A stretch of DNA of 64,000 nt from Acidovorax sp. Its GTDB lineage: Bacteria > Pseudomonadota > Gammaproteobacteria > Burkholderiales > Burkholderiaceae_C. Under the pieces are notes generated by a model. It made no database searches. It was not told the origin of the DNA and saw only the letters and a list, made by a program, of their open reading frames with translations. Positions 46,592 through 57,402 of this stretch are shown here, in pieces. Where the stretch lies: the NCBI RefSeq assembly GCF_046291265.1, contig NZ_JBKBTV010000010.1, positions 19,199 to 83,198 on the forward strand, read 5' to 3'. Position 1 is the stretch's first letter; every line of letters begins with the position of its first letter. A program made the position numbers and the translations under genes.

Positions 46592-47287
46592 TCAGACTTC
46601 AAGCCATTCTTTGCGAATGTAATTATCGGCCCGCAGGCTGTCCGGCGTCCCTTGGAACACGATGGCGCCGTGGCCCATCACCAGCGCGCGGTCCGAGATC
46701 TTCATGGCGATGGTGAGCTTTTGTTCGATCAGCAACACCGATATGCCACGGCCCTTGATGGTCTGCAGGTACTGGCCCACCAGCTCCACGATCTTGGGCG
46801 CCAGACCTTCAGTAGGCTCGTCGATGATGATGAGGTCCGGGTCACCCATCAGCGTGCGACACAGCGTCAGCATCTGCTGCTCGCCGCCCGACATCACGCC
46901 CGCCTCGGTGTGCTGACGCTCCTTGAGACGCGGGAACATCTCGTACATGTCATCAAACGACCAGCGGCTGCCCTTGCCTTTGCCCTTTTGGCCCAGCAGC
47001 AGATTCTGGTGCACCGTCAGGTTGGGAAAGATGTCGCGGCTTTCTGGCACGTAGCCAAGGCCCAGGTGGGCAATTTCATAGGCTTTTTTGCCGCTGAGTT
47101 CTTGCCCTTTCCATTGCACAGTGCCCTCCCAGTCCACCAGCCCCATGATGGCTTTGGCAGTGGTGGAGCGGCCTGATCCATTGCGGCCCAGCAAGGCCAC
47201 AATTTCACCGGGCTGGATGTCGAACGTGACGCCATGCAGCACATGGCTTTTGCCGTAGTAGGCGTGAAGGTTTTCGATTTTCAGCAT
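46592..47287 (-). CDS. ABC transporter ATP-binding protein, LivF type
   Basis: ORF track, 231 aa. Walker A is GRNGSGRST, the signature is MSGGEQQML and Walker B is LIIIDEPTEG. Confidence 0.9.
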   Translation of the reverse strand: MLKIENLHAYYGKSHVLHGVTFDIQPGEIVALLGRNGSGRSTTAKAIMGLVDWEGTVQWKGQELSGKKAYEIAHLGLGYVPESRDIFPNLTVHQNLLLGQKGKGKGSRWSFDDMYEMFPRLKERQHTEAGVMSGGEQQMLTLCRTLMGDPDLIIIDEPTEGLAPKIVELVGQYLQTIKGRGISVLLIEQKLTIAMKISDRALVMGHGAIVFQGTPDSLRADNYIRKEWLEV

Positions 47288-47290
47288 AAG

Positions 47291-48088
47291 TCAGTGTCCC
47301 CCGCTCTGTTCGTCGGCCACTGCCGATCCCAGATAGGCCTCCTGCACACGCGCATTCGCGCGCACCTTGTCAGGGGTATCGAAAGCGATCACCTCGCCAT
47401 AAACCACCACGGCGATCTTGTCGGCCAGGCCAAATACCACACCCATGTCGTGTTCGACTGTCAGCAGCGTGCGGCCTTCCGTCACCTCCTTGATGAGGCC
47501 AATGAAGCGCGTGGTCTCGCTTTTGCTCATGCCCGCAGTGGGTTCGTCCAGCAGGATCACATTGGCACCACCGGCGATGGTGATGCCGATCTCCAGCGCC
47601 CGCTGTTCGGCGTATGTGAGGTTCATCGCCAGCGTGTCACGCTTCTTGTCGAGCTTGATCATTTCCATGAGCTCTTTGGCGCGCTCATTAGCGTCGTGCA
47701 GGTTCGAAAGAAACCGCAGAAACGTGTACTTGTAGCCCATGCTCCAGAGCACGCCGCAGCGCAGGTTCTCAAACACGGACAGCTTCGGAAAGATGTTCGT
47801 GATCTGAAAACTGCGCGACAAACCCTTGCGATTGATTTCGTAGGGTGCCAGGCCGTTGATGCGCTGACCGTTCAGGATCACGTCGCCACTGGTGGGCGCA
47901 AAGCGCCCGCTGATCAAATTGAACAGTGTCGATTTGCCCGCGCCGTTGGGGCCGATGATGGCCACACGTTCGCCGGGTGCCACCACCAGGTTGGCGCCAC
48001 GGATGATTTCTGTCTTGCCAAAACTCTTGCGCAGGTCACGCAGTTCGAGAGCGTAAGTGTTGTTGTTGGTTGCGTTGTCAGCCGCCAT
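47291..48088 (-). CDS. ABC transporter ATP-binding protein, LivG type
   Basis: ORF track, 265 aa. Walker A is GPNGAGKST and Walker B is VILLDEPTAG. Confidence 0.9.
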   Translation of the reverse strand: MAADNATNNNTYALELRDLRKSFGKTEIIRGANLVVAPGERVAIIGPNGAGKSTLFNLISGRFAPTSGDVILNGQRINGLAPYEINRKGLSRSFQITNIFPKLSVFENLRCGVLWSMGYKYTFLRFLSNLHDANERAKELMEMIKLDKKRDTLAMNLTYAEQRALEIGITIAGGANVILLDEPTAGMSKSETTRFIGLIKEVTEGRTLLTVEHDMGVVFGLADKIAVVVYGEVIAFDTPDKVRANARVQEAYLGSAVADEQSGGH

Positions 48089-48090
48089 TT

Positions 48091-49419
48091 TTACAGCGCC
48101 TCCCCACGCTTGATTTCATGTTCAATCTCTTCCTGGATCGTGCTCCACTGGCGCAAAAACTGGCGGCGGCAGAGCTCGAACAAGGCGAAGCCCGTCACCA
48201 TCACAAAGATGGCGCCAAACCAGCTGGTAAAGCCCTTGGCATTGAGCGTGGCCCCCAGGAACTTCAACTCAGACCCGAGGGCCGCATTGAGCTGCAGGTG
48301 GTAAGTCATCTCGATCATGCAGGCCGCGCCCATCACACCCACCAGGGCGGTGCCACCCAGAGCCAGGTACGAGCCCCAGAGCGGGCGCAGCTTGCCGTAC
48401 TTGGCCAGGCGCAGGTTCATCATGATCAGGCTGGCAATGCCGCCGGGGGCATACATCACCATGAACAGGAACACGAGGCCCAGGTACAGCAGCCAGGCCA
48501 TCGACAGCTCAGACAAAAGCACCGACGCCAGCACCAGCAACACCGCACCAATGATGGGCCCGAAAAAGAACGTGGCCCCGCCCAGGAAGGTGAACAGCAG
48601 GTAGCCGCCAGAACGGATCACGCTCAGGCTGTCAGCGCCGGTGACGATCTCGAAGTTGATCGTAGCCAGCCCGCCGCCAATACCCGCAAAAAAGCCCGCG
48701 ATGATGAAGGCGAAATACCGAACGCGCTGCGTGTTGTAGCCAATGAACTCCACGCGCTCCGGGTTGTCGCGCACAGCGTTGAGGATACGGCCCAGCGGTG
48801 TGCCCGTGAAGGCAAACATGGCGGCCGTGCACACAAAGCAGTACACAGCAATCAGGTAGTACACCTGAATGGCCGGGCCAAAGCTGATGCCGAAAAACGC
48901 GGTGCCGTACACGCGGTCGGTCGTGATACCGCCTTCGCCGCCAAAGAACTCGGGGAACATCAGCGCCATGGACGCGACCAGCTCTCCAATGCCCAGCGTG
49001 ATCATGGCGAACGTGGTGCCTGACTTCTTGGTGGTCACGAAGCCGAGCAAGATGGCAAAGAATGCCCCCGCCAAGCCGCCGACCAGCGGAATCAGCACCA
49101 GCGGGATGTTGACCGAGCCTTTGGTGGCCATGTTCATCGCATGTATCGCAATGAACGAGCCCAGGCCCGTGTACACCGCATGGCCGAAGCTCAGCATGCC
49201 GCCCTGCCCCAGCAGGATGTTGTAGGACAGGCAGATGATGATGAGGTAGCCGATCTGCGAGAGCATGGTCAACGCCAGGCTGCTGCGAAACACCATGGGT
49301 GCCACGATGAGCATGGCGGCAAACAGCGTCCAGATGACGACCCGGCCCACATTGAAAGGCTTGAACCGGTAGTAAGACGTGGCGCCGGAATCGGCAATGG
49401 TTGTCGTAGTGGAATTCAT
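48091..49419 (-). CDS. branched-chain-amino-acid-type ABC permease, LivM type (long form)
   Basis: ORF track, 442 aa. It is polytopic and has the LivM-like segment LGQGGMLSFGHAVYTGLGSF. Confidence 0.85.
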   Translation of the reverse strand: MNSTTTTIADSGATSYYRFKPFNVGRVVIWTLFAAMLIVAPMVFRSSLALTMLSQIGYLIIICLSYNILLGQGGMLSFGHAVYTGLGSFIAIHAMNMATKGSVNIPLVLIPLVGGLAGAFFAILLGFVTTKKSGTTFAMITLGIGELVASMALMFPEFFGGEGGITTDRVYGTAFFGISFGPAIQVYYLIAVYCFVCTAAMFAFTGTPLGRILNAVRDNPERVEFIGYNTQRVRYFAFIIAGFFAGIGGGLATINFEIVTGADSLSVIRSGGYLLFTFLGGATFFFGPIIGAVLLVLASVLLSELSMAWLLYLGLVFLFMVMYAPGGIASLIMMNLRLAKYGKLRPLWGSYLALGGTALVGVMGAACMIEMTYHLQLNAALGSELKFLGATLNAKGFTSWFGAIFVMVTGFALFELCRRQFLRQWSTIQEEIEHEIKRGEAL

Positions 49420-49423
49420 GGCA

Positions 49424-50377
49424 TCAGTCCTCCCGCGTGCCCAGAAGGCCCTTGGGGCGGAAGATCAGGATCAGCACGAGGAACAGGTACGGCAGGATCG
49501 GCGCCACCTGAGAGATCGTGAGTTTGAGCAAGGGGTAGCCAAAGGTCTGGTCGGTGACCGCCACACCCACGGCCTTGAAGACATGAATGAGCGAATAGTC
49601 CAGCGCCACCGCAAAGGTTTGCACAAGGCCGATGAGCAGCGACGCGAGAAAAGCCCCTGCCAGCGAGCCCATGCCGCCCACCACCACCACCACAAAGATG
49701 ATGGAACCCACCGAAGCGGCCATGGCAGGCTCGGTGATGTAGGTGTTGCCACCAATCACGCCCGCCAGCCCAGCCAGCGCCGCACCACCGCCAAACACCA
49801 GCATGAACACGCGCGGCACGTTGTGGCCCAGCGCCTCCACCATGGCGGGGTATTTGAGCGCTGCCTGGATCACCAGGCCAATCCGCGTGCGTGTGAGCAG
49901 CAGCCACACCGACACCAGCATCAACAGCGCCACCAGCATCACAAATGAGCGGGACTTGGGAAACTGCGTGCCATACAGAGAGAACAGCGGACCTTGCAGT
50001 TGCTCTGGCAAGCCATAAGGCACCGTGGAGCGGCCCCACACCAGTTGCACCAGTTCAAGAATCAGGTAAGACAAGCCAAAGGTCACCAATAGCTCGGGCA
50101 CGTGGCCAAACTTGTGAACCCGGCGCAGGCAATAGCGCTCAAACACTGCGCCCAGCGCAAATACGGCAAGGGGTGCTAGCACCAGTGCTGCCCAAAAGCC
50201 CACCACCCCGGAGATGGTGAACGCAAAATAAGCACCTAGCATGTAGAAGCTGGTGTGCGCAAAGTTGAGCACGCCCATCATGCTGAAGATCAGCGTGAGG
50301 CCGGAGCTCAGCATGAACAGCAGGAGCCCGTAGCTCACGCCGTTCAGCAAAGAGATCACGAAAAACTCAGAATTCAT
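49424..50377 (-). CDS. branched-chain-amino-acid-type ABC permease, LivH type
   Basis: ORF track, 317 aa. It is polytopic and has the LivH-like N-terminus LLNGVSYGLLLFMLSSGLTLIFSMMGVLNFAH. Confidence 0.85.
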   Translation of the reverse strand: MNSEFFVISLLNGVSYGLLLFMLSSGLTLIFSMMGVLNFAHTSFYMLGAYFAFTISGVVGFWAALVLAPLAVFALGAVFERYCLRRVHKFGHVPELLVTFGLSYLILELVQLVWGRSTVPYGLPEQLQGPLFSLYGTQFPKSRSFVMLVALLMLVSVWLLLTRTRIGLVIQAALKYPAMVEALGHNVPRVFMLVFGGGAALAGLAGVIGGNTYITEPAMAASVGSIIFVVVVVGGMGSLAGAFLASLLIGLVQTFAVALDYSLIHVFKAVGVAVTDQTFGYPLLKLTISQVAPILPYLFLVLILIFRPKGLLGTRED

Positions 50378-50398
50378 TGGAATTTTTCATTACAAGGT

Positions 50399-50425
50399 AA
50401 AAAAAAGGCCCGAGTAGGTCGGGCC
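50399..50425 (-). terminator. intra-operon intrinsic terminator/attenuator between the binding-protein gene and the permease genes
   Basis: The stem is ggcccga / tcgggcc (50407-50425). On the minus strand it is followed by T8 (A-run 50399-50406 on the + strand). Confidence 0.75.
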
Positions 50426-50445
50426 TCGAAGGTCTACAACAGGCG

Positions 50446-51678
50446 TTATGGACGCTTCATCTGGCACGACGTGGGCGTGCTGGCCACGTAGGGCTCGTAG
50501 TACTTCACAGGGACAAAGGTGTAGCCGGTGCTTTCCGAGTCGATGGGGTACTTGGCGTTCGCTTTTTCCCACTTCGAAATGAACAGCCCTTGCTGCAGCT
50601 GGTGGTCGGTCTTGCGCATCTCGACCTCGCCATTGAAGCTCTTGAACTTCATGCCTTCAAACACCGAAGCCACCTTGACCGGGTCGGTGGACTTGGCTTT
50701 GACAAAGCCTTCCGACAGCATGGTGAACGCGTGGTACACGGCACCGGTGTACATGTCGTCGTTGAACTTCTTCTTGTAGTCCAGGATGATCTGGTTCAGC
50801 GGCCCTGGCAGGTTCATGTGGGCGTAAGCCACCATGTACACACGGCCTGCAGCTGCTGCGCCCATGGCGGTAGGGCTGCCCGTGACCGAGCCGTAATAGG
50901 TGTAGAAGTTGACGTTGTTCAAGCCTGCATCATTGGCCGCCTTGATAAGCAGCGCCAGGTCGGAGCCCCAGTTGCCGGTGATCACCGTGTCGGCGCCAGA
51001 CTGCTTGATCTTGGCAATGTACGGCGAGAAGTCACGCACCTGGGCCAGTGGCGACAGGTCGTCACCCACGATCTGTACGTCGGGGCGCTTGCGCTGGAGC
51101 ATCTCCTTGGCGTATTTGGAGACTTGGTGTCCGTGCGCGTAGTTCTGGTTGATCAGGTAGACCTTCTTGACGTCGGCCTGGTCCTTCATAAACGTGGTCA
51201 ACGCTTCCATCTTCATGGAGGTGTCCGCGTCCAGACGGAAGTGCCAGTAGCTGCACTTGCTGTTGGTCAGGTCTGGGTCCACCGCAGCGTAGTTCAGGAA
51301 CAGAACTTCTTTGCCAGGGTTGCGTGCGTTGTGCTTTTCCAGCGCATCCATGATGGCGAGCGCAGGGCCCGAGCCATTGCCCTGCACAACATAACGCGCG
51401 CCTTGGTCCATGGCCGAGCGCAGGGCGCTGGTGGTTTCTTGGGGGCTGAGCTTGTTGTCGATGCCGATGATTTCAAATTTGACGCCCGCAGGGTTCTTTT
51501 TGTTGAACTCTTCAGCGATGAACTGGAAGCTCTTGAGCTGGTTCGTTCCCACCGCGGCCATGAGGCCCGAAAGGGGGTCGAGCCAGGCGATCTTCACGGT
51601 CTCGCCCTTTTGAGCGAATGCGCCGCTAGCGCCTACCAACATTACCGAGGCTGCTATAGCCTTAATAGCGAATTTCAT
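50446..51678 (-). CDS. ABC transporter periplasmic substrate-binding protein, Leu/Ile/Val-binding (LivK/LivJ) family
   Basis: Track ORF is 50446..51729. ATG 51678 (MKFAIKAIAASVMLVGASGAFAQ, a signal peptide) is preceded by GGAGAC. Confidence 0.9.
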   Translation of the reverse strand: MKFAIKAIAASVMLVGASGAFAQKGETVKIAWLDPLSGLMAAVGTNQLKSFQFIAEEFNKKNPAGVKFEIIGIDNKLSPQETTSALRSAMDQGARYVVQGNGSGPALAIMDALEKHNARNPGKEVLFLNYAAVDPDLTNSKCSYWHFRLDADTSMKMEALTTFMKDQADVKKVYLINQNYAHGHQVSKYAKEMLQRKRPDVQIVGDDLSPLAQVRDFSPYIAKIKQSGADTVITGNWGSDLALLIKAANDAGLNNVNFYTYYGSVTGSPTAMGAAAAGRVYMVAYAHMNLPGPLNQIILDYKKKFNDDMYTGAVYHAFTMLSEGFVKAKSTDPVKVASVFEGMKFKSFNGEVEMRKTDHQLQQGLFISKWEKANAKYPIDSESTGYTFVPVKYYEPYVASTPTSCQMKRP

Positions 51679-51817
51679 GGTCTTGTCTCCTTGTAAATCG
51701 ACACAACGCAGCGTACCGCGTTGCAACAAAGCGATGCTCAGGGATTGCCCCTAGCAGCGTCGCCCACGTGACTGCGGCGGTGCTCCCCCGAGCACCACCA
51801 CGGTGCATTGCCCCGAC

Positions 51818-53461
51818 TCAAAGACCCGGCAGCTTGTAATCCTTGAGCTGTTCGCGCAGTTTGGTCTTGAGCATCTTGCCGGTGGCCCCCAGCGGAATGG
51901 CGTCGACAAACACCACGTCGTCCGGGATCTGCCACTTGGCCGTTTTGCCCTCATAAAAGGCCAGCAATTCCTCGCGCGTGACCTCGGTGCCGGGGCGCTT
52001 GACCACCGCAACAATCGGGCGTTCGTCCCACTTGGGGTGTGGCATGCCCACACAGGCCGCCATCGCAATGGATGGATGCGCCATCGCAATGTTCTCGATG
52101 TCGATGGAGCTGATCCATTCGCCGCCGGACTTGATCACGTCCTTGCTGCGGTCGGTGATCTGCATGAAGCCGTCGGCGTCAATGGTGGCCACGTCGCCCG
52201 TGGGGAACCAGCCGCGCCCTTGTTCGTCCTTGACGAGTGGATGGCCACCTTCACCCTTGAAGTAGCTGTCCACAATCCACGGGCCCTTGACCAGCAGGTC
52301 TCCGTAGGTCTTGCCGTCCCAGGGCAGCTCCTTGCCGTCGCCGCCAACGATCTTCATGTCCACGCCGTAAATCGCCCGGCCCTGTTTTTGCAGGACCTTC
52401 ATCTGTTCGTCCTTGGGCAGGGCCAGGTGCTTGTTCTTCAGCGTGCACAGTGTGCCCAGCGGACTCATCTCTGTCATGCCCCAGGCGTGCAGCACTTCGA
52501 CGCCATAGTCTTCCTTGAAAGCATGGATCATGGCGGGCGGGCAGGCTGAGCCACCAATCACCGTACGGCGCAAAGTGGAGAACTTGAGGCCCGTTGGCTT
52601 CATGTGGCCCAGCATCATCTGCCACACGGTGGGCACACCCGCAGCGTACGTGACCTTCTCGCCCTCGATGAGTTCGTAGATGGACTTGCCGTCCATCGCA
52701 GGACCGGGGAACACGAGCTTGCAGCCCGTGAGGGCGGCCGAATAAGGAATGCCCCAGGCATTGACGTGGAACATCGGCACCACGGGGAGCACCGAGTCGC
52801 GGGCCGAGAGGCACATCACATCAGGCAGTGCAGCGGCATAAGCGTGCAAAGTAGTGGAGCGGTGGCTGTACAGCGCGGCCTTGGGATTGCCCGTGGTGCC
52901 GCTGGTGTAGCACATGCTCGATGCCGAGTTTTCATCGAACTCAGGCCAGGCGTAGGCAGGCGATTGCGTACCAATCCAGGCTTCGTAGCTGGCGAGGTCC
53001 GGAATGCCGGAATCCGCAGGCAGCTTGTCCGCATCGCACAGCGCAACCCATTTTTTCACCGTAGGGCACTTGGCGTGCACCGCCTGCACCAGCGGCAGAA
53101 AGGTGAGGTCAAAACACAGAACCTGATCTTCGGCGTGGTTCATGATCCACGCGATCTGGTCGGGGTGCAGGCGTGGGTTGACGGTGTGCAGGACACGGCC
53201 CGATCCGCTCACACCAAAATACATCTCCATGTGGCGGTAGCCGTTCCAGGCCAGAGTGGCCACGCGGTCGCTGAATTGCAGCTTGAGTTCATCCAGTGCG
53301 TTGGCCAGGCGGCGAGCACGGGCACCGAGGTCGCGGTAGGTGTAGCGGTGGATGTCGCCCTCGACCCGGCGTGAGACGATTTCGGCGTCGCCATGGTGGC
53401 GTTCGGCGAACTCCATCAGCGACGAGATCAGCAACGGTTGGCTCTGCATCAGGCCCAGCAT
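51818..53461 (-). CDS. long-chain/medium-chain fatty-acid--CoA ligase (AMP-binding)
   Basis: Track ORF is 51818..53545. ATG 53461 ([23 protein letters not shown]) is preceded by AAGGAG. The AMP-binding motif is [11 protein letters not shown]. Confidence 0.9.
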   Translation of the reverse strand: MLGLMQSQPLLISSLMEFAERHHGDAEIVSRRVEGDIHRYTYRDLGARARRLANALDELKLQFSDRVATLAWNGYRHMEMYFGVSGSGRVLHTVNPRLHPDQIAWIMNHAEDQVLCFDLTFLPLVQAVHAKCPTVKKWVALCDADKLPADSGIPDLASYEAWIGTQSPAYAWPEFDENSASSMCYTSGTTGNPKAALYSHRSTTLHAYAAALPDVMCLSARDSVLPVVPMFHVNAWGIPYSAALTGCKLVFPGPAMDGKSIYELIEGEKVTYAAGVPTVWQMMLGHMKPTGLKFSTLRRTVIGGSACPPAMIHAFKEDYGVEVLHAWGMTEMSPLGTLCTLKNKHLALPKDEQMKVLQKQGRAIYGVDMKIVGGDGKELPWDGKTYGDLLVKGPWIVDSYFKGEGGHPLVKDEQGRGWFPTGDVATIDADGFMQITDRSKDVIKSGGEWISSIDIENIAMAHPSIAMAACVGMPHPKWDERPIVAVVKRPGTEVTREELLAFYEGKTAKWQIPDDVVFVDAIPLGATGKMLKTKLREQLKDYKLPGL

Positions 53462-53667
53462 GTGTGCTCCTTGGATGTTGTAGTAAATGGATTGATCATC
53501 GTAGCGCGGGACAGCGGATTGAACTGTCTCCAGGGTCATGCCCATCAGCCGCGACCATCACCCACAGGGCGCCAGTGTGCGCCTGGCCATCATGGCTGCC
53601 AACACGTGTCGTCCGATTGACACAAGCCAAGGGAATACCCTGCAAAGACCCAAAAGGCGCAGCGACA

Positions 53668-54363
53668 ATGGACCACATGCTCGACTCCGCCCCCTCCGCT
53701 TCGCGATTCATTGCTGCACAACCGTGGTTCGCCAGCGTCTCCGCATCGATGCAGGAACGCCTGCGTGCAGAGGTGCTAGCGGTGCACGGCGAAAAAGGTG
53801 ACGTGATGCTGCCCGCTGGCAGCGCGGTGGACGGCTGGTATGCCGTGCTGTCTGGCCTAGTCATGTTGCAAAGCCCCACCAGCCTCCGACGGTCCTCAGC
53901 CTTCATCGGCGTGCCAGACGGCGACTGGTTTGGCGAGGGCTCGGCCTTGAAACCCGAGCCGCGTAGGTACAACGTGGTGGCATTGCGCCCCACCACACTG
54001 CTGTGTCTGCCCTTGCCCCTGTTTACAACGCTGCGCGAGACCAGCATGGCCTTCAACCAGTTTCTGGTCCTGCACCTGAACATGCGGCTGGGCCAGGCCA
54101 TGACCATCATTGAAGCGGGTCGCACGCAATCGCCCGAGCACCGCGTGGCGCTGTACCTCAGCCGGTTGTTCTGGCGCAGCACGCGCCGCCTCAATCTCAC
54201 ACAGGATGAACTGGGCCAGCTGGTGGGCCTTTCGCGCCAAACCGTGAACAAGGTGCTGCGCGCACTCGAAGGCATCGGCATCGTGTCACTCGACTTTGGC
54301 CGTGTCGCCATCGTGGACGATGAGGCGCTGAACGCATACCTCGTCGCCACGGCGGCTTCATAA
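53668..54363 (+). CDS. Crp/Fnr family transcriptional regulator (third copy, divergent from the acyl-CoA ligase gene)
   Basis: This is the inner ATG 53668 (MDHMLDSAPSA...) of track ORF 53296..54363. It has a cNMP-binding-like domain and the HTH QDELGQLVGLSRQTVNKVLRALEGIGIV. Confidence 0.8.
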   Translation: MDHMLDSAPSASRFIAAQPWFASVSASMQERLRAEVLAVHGEKGDVMLPAGSAVDGWYAVLSGLVMLQSPTSLRRSSAFIGVPDGDWFGEGSALKPEPRRYNVVALRPTTLLCLPLPLFTTLRETSMAFNQFLVLHLNMRLGQAMTIIEAGRTQSPEHRVALYLSRLFWRSTRRLNLTQDELGQLVGLSRQTVNKVLRALEGIGIVSLDFGRVAIVDDEALNAYLVATAAS

Positions 54364-54391
54364 AACTGCGGTTGTCGCACAGCGGCCTTGT

Positions 54392-56098
54392 TTACTGCAC
54401 GCTCAGGCGCACGGACTTCTGGTCCGCGTCAAACCGCAGCTTGCTGGGCCAGGGTTGCCAGTTCAGGTTGACCGTCGTGTTGTTGGGATCGCCTGTGTGC
54501 ACAAACGCGCGCACGCTGTCCATCATGGCCTTGGACAGTGCCAACCTGCCCGGTTGATTGGCAGTGCTGTTGGCCGCTTTGGCCAGCAGGGAGGGGCCAA
54601 AGTTCCCAAACACAAAGGGCAAATCAAAACCATGCGCCGCGCCGTACACATCGGCCCAGGGTGCGGGCTGTTGGGCCCAATCGAACTGGTAGCTCCATAC
54701 ATTGGACTGTTGCGTGCGCAAGGTGCCCAGCAAGTTATCGCGGCTCGGGTCGATGAACAAACTGCCCAAAAGCTTCATACGGGCGTTGTAGCCCGTGACA
54801 GGGGTAGTGACGGGCAGGTAGGAAGGGTCCAGGATGTCCGCCACCGTGAGCGATACAGGCGCGTCCGGATTGAAGCTTTGTGTCATCGCAAAACGCTCTG
54901 CGTCGGTGATCTTCATGCCGGGCTTGCCCCCCAGCAGCGCCAGGAAAGGCGCAAAGAGCTTGGCCTCGTCGGCTGTGTAGCCAGCAAGCACGGGGACCTT
55001 GTGGTAGCGGCCGGCCGCGATCTCATTCACCGGGTTGGCAGGCACCACCACACCGTCCGGAATGGGCCCCGAGCCAGTGAGACCTTTTTGCAGCACCGTC
55101 TGCAACACCACGCGCGCATCTTTGCCGCGCAGATAGGTCGCCGTCTGGACCGGCGTCCAGCCTGCCACCAAAGCTGCGGCCGCGGCCGCGTCTGGCGCGA
55201 GCCCATCGGCAAGCGCCAATGCCGCCAGCAATGCACCCGACTGGGCGGCGTATTTCGTCGCCGGGTTGAGCGTGGGGATAGTGCCCGCGGGCAGGTTGCT
55301 CGGCAGAGATATGCCGCCACTGATGGGCAGAATCTTGTGAAACAGCCCCGCAGCCTGGGGCGCGGTGAGCAATGCCAGCGCATTGATGGCGCCTGCAGAC
55401 TGTCCCATCAGCGTCACGTTGCCCGCATTGCCACCGAATTTGCCGATGTTGCGGTTGATGAAGTGCAGCGCCTGCACGTTGTCCAGCAGCGCATAGTTGC
55501 CGGTGTAGGCGTCTTTTCCGCTGTGCAGCTGCGGCATCTGCAGAAAACCCAGCACATCCAGCCGGTAGTTGGCGGTCACGACCACGGCATTGGCCGCGCG
55601 CGCCAGCGCGGCGCCGTCATACACCGGATCGGCCGTGTAACCCGAGATGGCGCTGCCGCCGTGGAGGAACAACAGCACGGGCAAGTTGTCCTGCGTGTTC
55701 GCGGGGCGCCAGATGTTGAGCGTCAGGCAATCTTCATTGCCCACCGGCGTCCCCAGCGTTTCGCCGATGGTGTTGTCAAAGCGGTTGTTGGCGCCAGGCC
55801 CGTACAAGCGCCCCATCTGCAAACAAGCATTGCCAAAACGCGTCGCGTCGCGCTCGCCAGACCAGGCCACTGGAGCCACGGACGGCTGCCAGCGCAGGTC
55901 ACCTACCGGAGGCCGGGCAAACGGAATGCCCTTCCAGGCGTAGGTGCCGTTGACGGTGCTGTCGTCCACGCCGCGCACGCTGCCGTACGTGGTCTCGCGC
56001 ACTTCGGGGACCAAGCCAGAACCTCCGCCACAGCCCGCCATTGCCAGCACGGAAACCGCCGCTCCCAACCAATGCAAACGCCAGCGCGAATCGATCAT
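54392..56098 (-). CDS. carboxylesterase type B family lipoprotein
   Basis: ORF track, 568 aa. The lipobox is LAMAGC, the nucleophile elbow is GQSAGA, and an oxyanion-type FLHGGS is present. Confidence 0.85.
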   Translation of the reverse strand: MIDSRWRLHWLGAAVSVLAMAGCGGGSGLVPEVRETTYGSVRGVDDSTVNGTYAWKGIPFARPPVGDLRWQPSVAPVAWSGERDATRFGNACLQMGRLYGPGANNRFDNTIGETLGTPVGNEDCLTLNIWRPANTQDNLPVLLFLHGGSAISGYTADPVYDGAALARAANAVVVTANYRLDVLGFLQMPQLHSGKDAYTGNYALLDNVQALHFINRNIGKFGGNAGNVTLMGQSAGAINALALLTAPQAAGLFHKILPISGGISLPSNLPAGTIPTLNPATKYAAQSGALLAALALADGLAPDAAAAAALVAGWTPVQTATYLRGKDARVVLQTVLQKGLTGSGPIPDGVVVPANPVNEIAAGRYHKVPVLAGYTADEAKLFAPFLALLGGKPGMKITDAERFAMTQSFNPDAPVSLTVADILDPSYLPVTTPVTGYNARMKLLGSLFIDPSRDNLLGTLRTQQSNVWSYQFDWAQQPAPWADVYGAAHGFDLPFVFGNFGPSLLAKAANSTANQPGRLALSKAMMDSVRAFVHTGDPNNTTVNLNWQPWPSKLRFDADQKSVRLSVQ

Positions 56099-56278
56099 GT
56101 CTTGTCTCCTTGGGGGTTTTCAGGAATGGGTCACGCCTCTGACTCACGTCACACTTGACACAAAGAATCCAGGGCGCGACCTCGGGACCGATTGTGTGAA
56201 CGGGCGGCGCTTTGGCTACTATCGCAACCTTGCCAAAACACTGACTTCAGAGCACCCCTTGGCGTAAACCCTGATCGC

Positions 56279-57340
56279 ATGACAGCCCCTACCAATCCCC
56301 GCACAAGTTCTGCCGCCTGGGTGCGCGGCATTGCCGATATGCTGGCCGCCGAAGGCTTGCCCGCGGCTGAACTGTGCAGTGAGGCGGGAATTGATTTGGG
56401 AGCACTGCAGCACCCGCAGGCCCGTGTCGAGGTAGATCGGGTCAGCCGTCTGTGGGAGCTGGCCGTGGAACGCTCGGGCAAGGTCGACCTGGGTCTGTGC
56501 CCACAACTCACGGCCCGCTTTGGCAATGTGGACCTGGTGGGCTACGCGCTGGCTTCGGGCCCCAATCTTCTGGTGGGCTTTCAGCATCTTGTGCGCCACA
56601 TGGCGGTGATATCCGACTGCACCACGTTCGACCTGGAGCGCGACTCACGGGGCTACTGGCTGTCGATCGCCCACATCGGCGCAACCCGACCCATCCCACG
56701 CCAACGCGTGGAATACGCCCTGCTCACCCTCTTTACGCTGTGCTGTTGGCTCACCCGGCGCGAGTTGCAGCCGCTGGCGGTGGAGCTGATCACACCGCAA
56801 CCATCCGGCAACAACGATGCACGGTACCAGGCAGCGTTTGGTTTGCTGCCCCGCTTTGACCAGCCCAGCAACCGCTTTTTACTGGCCGAAGGCGATGTGC
56901 TGGCGGACATTCCCACGCACAACCCCAGCCTGTGGGCCATGCACGAGCGTCTGGTCGAAACCGAACTCGTCCACCTGGGCCAAGCACTGACCAGCACGCG
57001 CGTGCGCACCGAAATTGCGCGCATCTTGAACAAAGGCGAACCGCGCCGCGACGACATCGCAGAACGCCTGCACATGACGGATCGCACGCTGCAACGTCGG
57101 CTGCAGGCGGAATCGACGACCTACCAGCAACTACTGGATGACACGCGCTGCGAGCTGGCCCGCCAGTACCTTTCAGATCCGCGCCGCAACCTGACCGAAG
57201 TGGCTGACTTGCTGGGGTTCGCAGACCAAAGCAACATGTTTCGCGCGTGCAAACGCTGGTTTGGCATGCCTCCCGGCCAATACCGCGCGCAACTGCTGCA
57301 GCCCGAAGCGGACCACAGGGCGGTCGCTCACCCGGCTTAG
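56279..57340 (+). CDS. AraC family transcriptional regulator
   Basis: This is the inner ATG 56279 ([14 protein letters not shown]...) of track ORF 56192..57340. The C-terminal AraC HTH contains [32 protein letters not shown]. Confidence 0.85.
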   Translation: MTAPTNPRTSSAAWVRGIADMLAAEGLPAAELCSEAGIDLGALQHPQARVEVDRVSRLWELAVERSGKVDLGLCPQLTARFGNVDLVGYALASGPNLLVGFQHLVRHMAVISDCTTFDLERDSRGYWLSIAHIGATRPIPRQRVEYALLTLFTLCCWLTRRELQPLAVELITPQPSGNNDARYQAAFGLLPRFDQPSNRFLLAEGDVLADIPTHNPSLWAMHERLVETELVHLGQALTSTRVRTEIARILNKGEPRRDDIAERLHMTDRTLQRRLQAESTTYQQLLDDTRCELARQYLSDPRRNLTEVADLLGFADQSNMFRACKRWFGMPPGQYRAQLLQPEADHRAVAHPA

Positions 57341-57402
57341 GCCGCGCCCGCCCCAAGGCCCTGCACACGCCGGGGCATCCGCGGTGCGAGACAATCCGGC
57401 CC

